Positions 24,615 through 36,640 of a DNA stretch of 56,343 nt are shown here, in pieces. A program made the translations under genes and the position numbers. Source of the stretch: Nemertoderma westbladi. Its lineage: Eukaryota; Animalia; Xenacoelomorpha. The DNA lies in assembly GCA_032718475.1 (NCBI GenBank), contig JAUCBJ010002310.1, positions 1 to 56,343 on the forward strand, in the 5' to 3' direction. The notes below the pieces were generated by a model. That model ran no database searches. It was not told the DNA's origin and was given only the letters and a program-made list of their open reading frames with translations. Numbering within the stretch: the stretch's first letter is position 1; every line of letters begins with the position of its first letter.

Positions 24615-26117
24615 ATGTCAATTATTTTATAATACTGAATCTCTGAATTTTTAGGGTTACTTCCCTTCTACTTTTTACTGTTATCAAGCAGTAGTCTAAC
24701 TGATATTAAGACCTAATTGGTGTATAACAGGCCTACTATTTTATAAATCGGTTTAAGTTGATTTATAATATATTATGTACCCGTACAAGGGTTTTTGTCA
24801 ATGTTTGAAATAAATGTTATTATTTCTGGTAAGGAGTCACTACACAGAAGCTGAATGCTCTCAGTGGAGTGCTACTTGTTGGACACTAAAGCGAATAATT
24901 CTACTTTACTAAGTTACTTATTACTACAAATTACATACAATTACTGTGTGAGATTACAATCTCTAAATAAACACCAAAAATTACACATACAAATTTCAGG
25001 GTAATTTTACAGGAAATCTACAAACCAGCCTAACAAGGAGTTAGAATTTCTGGTTCTTACAAACGGACAGGAAACTACGGTATTTGAAAATAATAAAGTA
25101 GTAGTAAATAAATTGCGCTGTCCAGATAAGAAAATACCACCGTCTGACGACTTATAGTCTTAAACTATAAGTACTACGTTATGTACCCGGAGTGTCCTTA
25201 CCTAGAAGTTAATTACCGCAGCCAACCAGAGCTAACGTGCCTATTAACCACTTTATAACACAAATATACTGCCTACACACTAATTACTTTCGGAAAGCAC
25301 TGTACGCTAAACCCTAAATTAGGTACAATTACTTATACAACAAATAACCAGTAGTTAAATATACTTGTACAGCTAAAAGAACCACGGTATCTGCTGGAGT
25401 GACCAGAGCATAAAATCACCAGTCTTTACCTACGCCAAGCAGCCCTGATGTAGTACCGGGGTTAATTTAACTATAACGGTATGTATAACAAGCACAATTA
25501 CTGTAGGAATAAACTTAGGGGTTATGTGGGTTGCAAATACTCGCATAGACTCTGAATAATACATATTACGCTACCCGTGCAGACTACACAAACAAAATAC
25601 AGACCAAATGCTGACAGACTACTGGCAAGCCTAAATAAACTGCAGTATATGCAGACTCCGAAATGCGTTCTAACCGAGTAGTACGACTTATTCTTTCGGG
25701 GGGGGGGGGGGGGGGGGGGATTTACCTTACAACACTGGATGCCCCACCTTCCTAAGTACTTTATCAGACATATACTCTACACACACTGCAATCTCTTCAG
25801 ACCTAACAACAGCCAGACAACAATCCAGCCTACAAATTATCTGTACAATTTGAGCGGGCTTACACGCCTTCTGCTCAATATTACACTTACAGACAAGTAA
25901 AACTGACAGAAATAAGTAAAATTCCAATAAAAAAACATGGCGGCCGTCCCTGATCAAATATCAAGACCTACTGGTATATAATTATCAAAATCGAATAATA
26001 CTGCTGTACCTGTAAGTACCGGTTCGGGTAGTTGGGCAGTTAGGCCTACAGCTTACCGTTCGACCGGTACCTTCGACTTTATTGCCTACGGCGCAATCAA
26101 GAGTTTAAGTCTATTAT

Positions 26118-27306
26118 TGTTCGCGCTTTCAGACCTTTAGCAGTTTAACCTGCCAATTTTAGGTGTCCTCTTGTTTATAAATCGACTTTAGCCTATAACA
26201 AGTATTTAGTGCACATAAAGTTACATTAGCCGAAGCCAGTCTATGCGCGATCATTCACCCACTGTTAAGGGAGACTGGATTCGGATGCTTTGAAATGATT
26301 GCGGTGCAGACCTACTGTATTATTCGATTGATCATTACTATATAATCTCTGACAATATTATTCACTTTCGGGGAAATATTAACAGTTCCTTCCTAACCTT
26401 CCTAACGTTGCACCTTAAGTATATAAAACAGAGTTATGACTTATACTAAACACAACGAGATGGCCACTGAGTTTCGTAAATAGCGCATTCTTTAGGAGAT
26501 GTTTTATTATCTGTCACACTACTGTACACGACTTCACACTGATCTGCTGACCGTCACTGAATTTGATCATATATAAGGTGGATAGCAACTGACACATGTA
26601 GGGATTATGAAATAGCATTTAATTCACACAAAAACCACTATAATGTAAGTCGCAATTGCTACAGGTAACTGGTCCCTCTTACCTTCAGTAATCAAGAAGA
26701 TTGGGGTTTTATGATTATTTATCGGTATTCTCCAAATATATCAACAATATATCCATATAACAACAATTAATAACAGAAGTAAAATAATGCGGTGAAAGTC
26801 AGTATGTCGGTAGGTGATCGGTAGTACCGCAGTGCAGTTTGCATTGATATGTGGATTGCAGTGCTCCAGGTGTTATTCAGTTGGTGGCCAGATAATAGAT
26901 TTACGTTCCTATGTTTGGCCTAATGTTTGGTCAAAGTCTGAAACTTCAACAGAAGCACAGAAGAATTTCTAAGCCGATGTTCTGAGGCTCAGAAAGGTAA
27001 ACAAGACCGTAATGCATTGCGCGGTTTTCCGTAGGCCTCTGTACAAGACAAAATGAAAATCGCTCTGATTGGCTGAGCAGAACAAAGAGAGGTTCCACGT
27101 TTACAGTAAATCAGCTGACAGATTTCGTCATCTGAGTTCCAGTCTTTTAGAGTATTAGGCGCATTGCGGCAGAAAATGGCTTGTTATGTCCGCTAAAGCA
27201 CCTACACGGTACATTGCGGAGAAATTGGCTTGTTATGTCCGCTAAAAGCACCTACACGGTATATTGCGGAGAAAAATGACTTGTTATGTCCGCAAAAGCT
27301 TTTACA
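26118..27306 (-). repeat. BEL 5' LTR (1189 bp)
   Basis: TGTTCGCG...TTTTACA, followed by TSD CAATG. Confidence 0.93.
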
Positions 27307-27836
27307 CAATGCGAAAGTGTTTTTTATAACTAAAAGTTTGGTTAAATTTTCTTAATTATTTATTTATATTTCTTAAGTACCGATTTTTGGATAGAAGTGC
27401 TCAATTTTAATCTGTATCTATTAACTGACCCTCGTCCTGCGCGATGGCCCCACGAACGTGTTAAAGGTTAGTATAAAATGATGGTCAAGAGATTAATTCA
27501 TTTGACACAGGAAAGATGAGTAAAATGATAAATTTTAAAGTGATAATTTTGACTATAATTGATACCTAGACTTTACTCATTTTAATATAACTGAGAAGGC
27601 ATTCAATTTATTTGAATATTGTTACATTTTGGGGAGTTTTTAAATAATAGTGAATAAATTTATTTTGAATTATTTATTATCAATCAGATTATACATATAA
27701 GATGAGCTTTCTTATGTCTATACAGTTACACAAGACACAAAACCCAATGATACACTTTATTAAAAAATTTATTTCCATCACCTAATACATAACACCAAGA
27801 CTCATGCGAACATAGTTTATTGGAAAAATTAATTGG

Positions 27837-28561
27837 TTAAATGTTGCAAAGATCTTCATTGCACAAACGGAGACTGCATAGGGTATTATTTTCCCATATG
27901 AGTTCACACAAAATACCTTCTAAACGGTGCTGTAGCCTCAGATCATCGTTCGGAAGGGTGTCCCCGGAATCCCCTTGGCAATGGCCAATTTGTTGACGTC
28001 CTACGTATAATGTCTGAATGAAATAAGAATATCTGTTACATTACCGTTAGTGTAGCTATATATTAATAATAATTGTATATATCAGTAATAATTTGACGAT
28101 AGTCAGCTGATTGGTAGGTTTCGTACAACCCAAGGTCTCAAGTGCCAAACCCGGAAAATGACAATATAATTTATTAAGTCCTAAAGTGAGACATAGAATC
28201 AGGGATAATCAATTGAAATTCGTCAAACGCGTTTCTAAATGTTAATAATATTAACTGGGGTGCTTGTGTTTGTGTATATAGGTTAATACATTTCAGGTAA
28301 TAAGCTGAATTGGTAACTACTGGTTGTTGTTTAGAATTTTGCCAGGCCCGTTGTTTGGAAGGTCGTGACCCTAACCTATGCCATTTTTTCCTTTACAGTA
28401 CATACATGTGCTGTGTGCTTGCTTACCATGCAAGCAGAGCAATTTCTTTCTATAACAATATCTATGTCTTCTATTGGTTGGTAATCGTATCTTACGTATG
28501 TGTTGCACCTCAAACTGTATCCAACTACAACAAATGTTGCAAATACCAACAATTTCAACAT
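27837..28561 (-). CDS. Two-exon secreted Ly6/uPAR (three-finger)-like protein, 103 aa
   Basis: Exon 28561-28427 (signal peptide, LRC...CSACM|GTAAGC) and exon 28013-27837 (TTTCATTCAG|TLYV...CNEDLCNI*); phase-0 intron; 8 Cys; AATAAA just downstream. Confidence 0.8.
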
Positions 28562-29375
28562 TTTCACAGAATTTATTTACTTGTAACCACACAAATTTGA
28601 AATCAAAATAATTTATTTAAACAAAAGATTGGGGAAGTCGAATATGCAAAATTCTGAATAAATGAAGAAATGAAAAAAAATTCGAAATTTTGAAATAAAC
28701 CCTATCTGAATCTTTCCCACAATTTTGCACAAGAATATTTCATACCCTAGCTAGGCACACTGACAGTAATAAATTGTGTAATATTACACAATATCGAACA
28801 CCAGCAAATTGTATACCAAGGGTTCCGAGGTATATGAACTATTTCCCATATTCCTTATTTCCCTTCAATTTATTTCAAGCTTTATTTCAATGTACCTAAT
28901 TATATTAAATAAGATAATAATTATTATATTATTATTATGTATTTGCAATTTCAGCGAGACTTTCCTGTTAACAAAATTACAAGATTTCCTCAAAAAGTAG
29001 CAGACTAAAGTGAGTGGGTATTGTATATATAGGCCTAAAGGAACATACTGTTCTGCGGCAAAAATACTACAGTAAGACACGTGGAGTGTGTTGGACAGAC
29101 CAACTGTACGTATGTTGGGTAGGTAGGTAGATACTCTGCTGTATATACGAAAGACTGAGTCTACAGTATAAGTGTGTTGAACGAACTATATAACTGAATG
29201 TGCAGTATAAACTGTTGGAAACGTTATCGGGTGGCAGGTGTCTGAGTTATTTAATAATCGTAAATTATTATCCGAGGCTGAAATCTCGGCGCAATTCTAT
29301 GTTGCAACAAACTTGAGTGTAACGACATTAGAACACTTACCGATACTGTATATTGGTATATACATTACAGTATTA

Positions 29376-31461
29376 ATCTGGCACGATGTTTGGAATGCTG
29401 CTGGTAGTCCCACCGGCAGTAGTAGTTATCTTTTTCACATGCGACGTACGAGCCGCGCACAGTATCAGTACGCAGTTCGTAGGCTTAAAAGGTCACAGGA
29501 CTCGATTAATATTTTTAATGAAATTAAACAATTTAGAGGTAACCAGCGTTTCCAATCAAATTCTATTAATGGTGTAACTAATCCTACTGAAATTTCAAAT
29601 ATTTTTGCAAATATTTATTCGACTTTATATAATCAAGAATATATTGTGGATATTTCTATTGGTGATATCGAAAATAAATTACTAGACACATTGCGCAATC
29701 TGAATGATAATAATGATTTTAGCACTAATTATAGCAACTGTGCAGGTTTTCGTGAAATGTTATCACCTCGTATTTTACACGAAGCCTTGTTAGGATTAAA
29801 AAATAACAAGTCCGATGTGAGTTACAGTTTTGATTCAGGCGCTTTAATTCACGGTGGTATTTTACTTGAGCAACATTTGTCAACTTTATTTAATGCTTTT
29901 CTATCACACGGTATTGTTTCTAAATGTCTACTGTACATTTCCTTTATTCCGATTGTAAAAAGTAAATTGGGTGACCTATCGGCAGACAGTAATTATAGAG
30001 CGTTAGCTATATCGTCGCTAATCTTAAAGGTATTTGAATGGGTAATGATAATTAGTTAAGGTGATAAGTTGAAGTTTGATGATTTACAATTCGGTTTTCG
30101 TACTAATTCTAGTACGGTTATGTGCACATGGTCTGCGTCTGAAGTAATTAATTATTATCTGAAGCACTTGACTCCTGTTTATGGCTGCCTTTTAGATTTT
30201 ACTAAACCTTTTGACCTTATCGAATGGCCTAAACTATTTCTAGAATTACTGAAAAAAGGTTTTTCTGTTCTCTATTTAAGGTGTCTTATTTTTATTTACC
30301 GTAATCAGTTCTGTGCAGTGAAATGGTTAGGGTGTCTCTCATCACAATTTTTGATTTCAAACGGCGTCCGACAAGGGTCTGTTTGGTCGCCAATACACTT
30401 CTGTATTGTTTTGAATATACTTATTAAATCCTTACGTAATTGTAAAGTAGGATGTTATATTGGTAGCCAGTATTTTGGGGTGTTAGCCTACGCTGATGAT
30501 GTGCTTTTGCTTTGCCCTTCTGTGATAGGTTTACAATATATGATAGACATTTGTAAAAAATTTTGTAGTGCATTTAATTTACGTCTGAGTACCAATGCTG
30601 ATGCACCTAAATGTAAGTGCAAATGCATCCCTTTTGGTTTTTCATGGAATCCCCCACAGCGGAAACTTTTTATTAATAATATTTTGCTGCCTTGGGTAAA
30701 AGATGCAATTCATCTAGGAATTACTCTAGATTTCAAGTGCACTCTAAATGTCGATATTCTACGTAAAAGAGGTCAGTTTGTTGGAAAGCTGCATAATATC
30801 AGACAAGAATTCGGTTTTGCACATCCAAGTAATGTTACGAAATTACAGAAATTATATGCTATGTCGTTCTACGGTAGCTGTACTTGGAAACTTTGGTCAG
30901 ACGAATGTCGTCGAATTTTAACTAGTTGGAATACGAATGTACGAATTTTATGTCGCCTTCCTTTTAACGCGCACAGATTTATTGTTCAGGATGTTGTCTG
31001 TTTTTTGCACCCTTGGGTGATACTCTGTAAAAATTTTGTATCTTTTTGTAACTCAATTTGTAAATCAGATAGGCTTTGCGTCAGATTTCTTGTGAATTTA
31101 TTTACTACTGATTGTGGAAGTATCAGCGGTAATAATCTTAGATGTATTGCGAATGATTGTAGGGTAGTAGATATTAAGGAATTGACAACATCTGTAGTAG
31201 TGAATAAATTAAAGTATGTTCATACACCTGCAGGAGAAAATTGGAAAATTGAAACCTGCAGGGATTTAATAGATTCGTTAGTTGGATATTCGGAAATACC
31301 CGGTTTTTCAAGTTCGGAAATTAAGCATTTATTAGACTTAATTTCTTCGTCGTAGTTGATTTCTCGTCTGTGTATGCATTATGTGTATCTATGTACGTAC
31401 CACTGTATTAATTTGTGCTAAAGTGTACCATATAATTGTAACTATGTTTACGAATAAAATA

Positions 31462-31491
<30 letters not shown>
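29376..31491 (+). mobile_element. 5'-truncated non-LTR retrotransposon (tentatively Proto2-like)
   Basis: QFGFR, LLDFTKPFD, NGVRQG, YADD, HLG motifs; one in-frame stop at 30057-30059; AATAAA plus (TAA)n tail. The clade is a guess from remembered motifs. Confidence 0.85.
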
Positions 31492-31492
<1 letters not shown>

Positions 31493-32363
31493 TGGGTGAT
31501 CTTCAACAGTAAACCCTTCCACTCTGTTTCCTAAATGAATGCCTGTTTACCACCATGATGGGTAACAGTGGGTCGGAACTAACTTTTAGAGTATTGAACA
31601 CAGAATTTGATATATATTGTGAGTTTGTATGCACCCACTGACTACAAAAAAAATGAAAAGATAAAATCGGTCGACATCTTCATTTTTAATTTGAAAAATT
31701 GCAAAAATGTACAAAAATTTCAAACTTAAAAATTGAGTAAGTCTGAAACAAATTCGAACACCTTTTTTTAGAATTGCATAATTTTTGTAATGCCAAACTG
31801 AGCCTAAAAATGGCTCTATTACTAAAAACTGCCGACATCTTCTTCTTCTATAAGTGAAAATAAATTTGCTTAATAAATTTTAAAATAATTATTTAAAATC
31901 AAATTTTTTAAAACTCATTTACATCAACATAATATGTTGATGTAAATGAGTTTTAAAAAATTAATAAATTAATAAGCAATATTATTGCTTATTAATTGCT
32001 CAATCTGATCTAACTGAAAATTATTTAGTCTGACTCATTGATAATTATACTCCTACACTACATTATAACCATACATTACTAATTGAATAATAATATAATA
32101 ATGCAATATAATGGAAGGATGGCTTGCAGACGAGCTGTTTTTCCAGACTAATTTATTGTTTTTCGGCAAGCAGTCTTTGGGTAGTAGTTAAACATAATGT
32201 GATAAAACGTCTTGTAATTAAATATATTTCCCTTATTTCTCTAAATTAAATTGGCGGCTTAAAGTTTGTGTTGTGAAATTTCGTAGCTTAGGTTATAGCA
32301 TATATAATATGGTAATTTGCTTTTTTAGTGGTGGGCGTTGTGGGCTTCCGTAGTTAAAGGAAA

Positions 32364-34210
32364 ATGCAAACTCATTCTAAAATTCATATGAATCTAGGTT
32401 CACTGTTTGTATCCTCTGAATGGGTAAAACGAAGAAAATGGCAAAGATAAATATCAAATTGAAAGTCCTAATTCAACAGCACTTCATGAAAGAATATGAT
32501 CGTAATGATTTTCGTACAGATTTTCGTTTGCCATCTGCAATTTGTTCGAACTGTAAAACCATTGTCTATGAGTATGGAAGAGGAATAGAAACTCGGCGTA
32601 TCGATGTCTACGATCATTCCACATTCCCGGATCTGCTGTGCAGCCAATAACTAGGTCGATGGTTTGCTGTGAATGTATTGTTTGTGATGTTGCTAGGAGA
32701 TCAACAAATACCAACTTTACAGCTAAGGTTATGCCGACAAGGAAGAAACCAGGACAATTCCACTATGATTCTCCACAAAATTCTACTACTGAATTTATAA
32801 GTTCAACATCAAAACCTCAACATATGTTGGTGTGTAGCAAATGTGTAACAGTTCTGGGGAGAGGTAAACCTCATAGCTGCACTAAGGGTACACGGGCTGA
32901 AAACATTCATAAACTAGCTGTTGCTGGTACTCCAAAATACAAGGAGAATGTCGCCTCTTTGGTTATTCGTGACAAGATCAATGATTTAAACACAGGATCA
33001 AGTTCATCTTGTCATCATCATCTATCAACATCATCATCATCATCAACTATACCCTTGACAACAAAAACTGGACGTCCAATTCCAGTTTCGTTGCAGCCAC
33101 AGCATAAAGGGGTAAAGCGTAGTCTAATGTTAGACTACAAGGATATCAATCAAATTCAGGTAGACATGGGCCTCAGTATGAATAAAACCATACAACTTGC
33201 ATCAAATATCAGATCTGCTGCTGCGAATCGTCACTCCATTGAGAGTGGAATGCGTGTGAAGCTGCAGCAGCTTAACCACCGTTTAGATAATTTATTCATT
33301 GATAAAATCTTATCTTTCAGCAGTAAAGATTCAAAATCGGATAACATCACGAATCGATGGAGGTGGAGGGTTCCTCATGGTGTGTATGAACATCCAGAAT
33401 CTATCATCATTGAAAGGGATCAAGTCCAGTGAAGCGGAGGATGATACTGCAGCTTCTTGTGATTCTTCTCATGTGCAGAAACGGTCAACATACAGTCAAG
33501 GTATTGCAGCAAACGATTAAAAGACTCCGGTGTGAATAAGTTATTTACAGTATATTAATTCTTACTCCTTCAACTCAAGAGTATTACTGCGATGCATATG
33601 ATCATACGTTCTTACCTGGACCATTGTTATAGATCTAAAGCTGGCCAATATCATATTGGGATTAATGGCTCATGGGTCATGTCATTCATGTGCGTACATG
33701 GTGTGAAATATCTAAGACCGATCTGCTGTACTCTGGGGAGCTCCGAACTCTGGGGAACATTGAAATGTTATTTTGGCATTGGTTCAGAACTGGAAAATCT
33801 AGAGAAAATGCTAAGGATTTTGGTAACTGCATTCATGTACCCTTGCTCAAGGGCAATCAAACCACATTAATCCTAGATATAATACCACCTCCAGAACTAC
33901 ATCTTCTACTTGGCACCGTCAATCATATGTATAACCACCTTTTATCAGAGTGTCCACAGGCTGCTATTGAGTGGGCAACAATTCTTCATGTTGAGAGGGA
34001 AGCTTTGCATGGAGGTTCTTTCACGGGAAATTCTTGCCATAAACTGCTCAAGATAGTTGACACGCTAAGGTCAATTTGCCCTATTAGCACAGCACTCTCA
34101 AGTATCTTGATGCTTTCGAAGCATTTAACAATCTAGTCCATTCTTGCTTTGCTTGGTCGCATTCTCTATCCGGGCTGTAAGGAGCACATTGCCCTCTTTC
34201 AAGAAGCATA
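32364..34210 (+). pseudogene. Decayed Chapaev/Transib(RAG1)-like DDE transposase
   Basis: N-terminal Cys clusters (LPSAICSNC, CECIVC, CSKC..GRGKPHSC), IDGGGGF, DLKLANIILGLM..S..C, PPPELHLLLG, HGGSFTGNSC; many frameshifts and deletions. Confidence 0.72.
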
Positions 34211-34231
34211 ACCTAGGCTATAGAATCTAGG

Positions 34232-35359
34232 TTCAGTTAGAACACAAAATTTTTAATTCACTTAAACGATGCTATAAATTCACATTTTCAGGTTTTCTAG
34301 GTCGCTGATTGTAATGGAATACATTTCAAATATGCCAGATCATTGCTACTTGTATTTCTCGGCGTAATTTGGCAAATTTTGGTGCTGGCACCAAATTTTG
34401 TACCCATCACTAAAAAGTACAAGTTTGTGATGTCCAGTGCTGTTTTTATTGATTCCTTCGGATTCAGGACCATCATAAACCCGTATAACGCAAGAAACAA
34501 GATGATACTATCTATTGATCAATTTACTCATTTTCCAAAATTTGGTGCTGGCACAACAATTTTCACCCACCGGCGAAAAATACAAGTTTGAAAACTCTTA
34601 TGAAATTTTTACTGATTCAATTGAATTCTGAACCCTAACAAACCCGTATAACGCAAGAAACAAGATGACACAATCAATTGATATATTTGATGGTTTTCAA
34701 AATTTGGTGCTAGAACCACATTTTGCACCCACTTCAGAAAAATACAAGTTTGAGATGTCTAGTTCGATAATTATATATTCCATTGAATGCAGAACAGCCA
34801 TAAACCTCTAAAATGCAAGAAATAAATTGTCACAAGCAATTTTATCTATTGAATGAATTTTCAAAATTTCGGACAAGTTTGATACGCTTGGTGCAAATCG
34901 TATATATTTCATCGAAACCAGAACCCCAAAAAACCCCAATTGCGTAAAAAACAAGTTTCAAACAATCAATTTACAAAATTGACATATTTAAAAATTTGGT
35001 GCTGGCACCAAAATTTGGCACCCGCCGAAAAAAACAATTTTGAAATTTCTAAATCAATTTATATGAATTCCATCCAATTGCTAACACCAAAAAACCGGTG
35101 TAAATCAAAAATAGAGATGTTATAATTAATATTTAATGAAATGTAATTTTCAAAAAAAAGTGCCAAAAGTAGGGTTAAAAAATGGTGCTATAACTCGAAA
35201 ACTACCCAATATTTTTGAAAACGGTTTTCACTACTAGGAAGACAAGAGATTTTTAGGAAAAGTCATAAAATTTCAGATTCCCAACTGCGTTTGTTTCAGG
35301 ATTATAATAGAAAAACCACGGGGGGGGGGGTCATATTGACCCCCCCGGGTTTAATAGGG
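34232..35359. mobile_element. Second, left-truncated copy of the element at 1-1456
   Basis: Colinear with 312-1456 apart from small indels; ends GGG|TTAA. Confidence 0.85.
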
Positions 35360-35889
35360 TTAATACTGTGGAGGCTGCATGCTTATAAGGCTGAATGTTT
35401 ACTCAGCCTCATAATGATTCTCCATAAGGCTAACATTATAGTTTGAAATATAAAAATCTGTTAATAATATAATTGTTGTATTTAATTAATATCGTGGTTT
35501 ACATTGAAGAAATTATATATTATATTATAATATAGATAATTGACATATTTAAAAATTTGGTGCTGGCACCAAAATTTGGCACCCGCCGAAAAAAACAATT
35601 TTGAAATTTCTAAATCAATTTATATGAATTCCATCCAATTGCTAACACCAAAAAACCGGTGTAAATCAAAAAGATATAATATAGAATATTGTTAATCGCG
35701 GTTTACATTGAAACATCTCAACTTGTTTTATTTATTACAAAAATAAGAACGAATTTGTTTTATCACTTCTTGTGAGCGATTGTATTGAATTCATGACAAC
35801 TGCTGTTATTATTATTAATCAATTGACACCTCGACTCCGCTCTGAGACTCTGACTACCTTACTTAGTACCTACCTACTTAGTATTAATA

Positions 35890-36172
35890 TTCAATGCTTT
35901 TTTTCTCAATGTATTTATTTTCTCAATGTTTTTTTTCTCAATGTATTTATTTTCTCAATGTTTTTTTTCTCAATGTATTTAATTTCTCAATGTTTTTTTT
36001 TCTCAATATCTGATTGGTCAAACCGTGTATTTATTTTCGCAATGTTTTTTTCTCAATATCTGATTGGCCAGACTTGCCTTTTTTGCACAATATCTGATTG
36101 GATAAACCGTGAATTTTTTTCTCAATATCCGATTGGATAAACTGTGAATTTTTTCTCAATATCTGATTGGTC
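35890..36172 (+). repeat. Short tandem repeats (TTTTCTCAATG units, then five AATATCYGATTGG units)
   Basis: Directly visible repeats of ~18 bp and ~30 bp. Confidence 0.8.
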
Positions 36173-36627
36173 GCACCTCCAGCTGTCATCCTTTAGGTTC
36201 CTCTGCCGCCTGTGGCCTGTGACATACATCTGGTAGCTTAATTACTGTATTATTAAAGTATTATAATAAGTAGCACCGGTACTGCTGTAAACTGTCCATT
36301 GACTGATTGTCTGTATACAGGTATAAGTTCAAAGTCCTAAATCCAGTACAGCATTATGGGATCGGATTGGGATATGGCAGTACTGCAGTATAGTGTAAGG
36401 GGAATAGTGTATACCCGATTACTGTAATAATTATTTATATTAGGCCTACTTTGGTAGCTTATCGGTATTTACAATGGTGACATAAGTCTGTGATTAATAT
36501 GAAAATAATTGTTGCTTAATTAAATATATATGTATGTTTGTTATTCATAACTTATCGTATTGGAGTTTAGCATCAATTATGGTCGGTGCAGATATAACCC
36601 GGGAGAGGGCAATAAGAACTTATCACA

Positions 36628-36640
36628 TGGAGGTCCCACC
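36628..36640 (+). promoter_or_regulatory. Primer binding site complementary to the tRNA-Gln 3' end
   Basis: TGGAGGTCCCACC immediately after the 5' LTR. Confidence 0.8.

Larger units (their letters stand above)
11997..27306 (-). mobile_element. Full-length decayed BEL/Pao LTR retrotransposon
   Basis: Two TG...CA LTRs; 5-bp TSD CAATG (11992-11996, 27307-27311); gag-PR-RT-RH-IN order on minus strand; purine-rich GGGAGCGG next to the 3' LTR. Confidence 0.95.
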
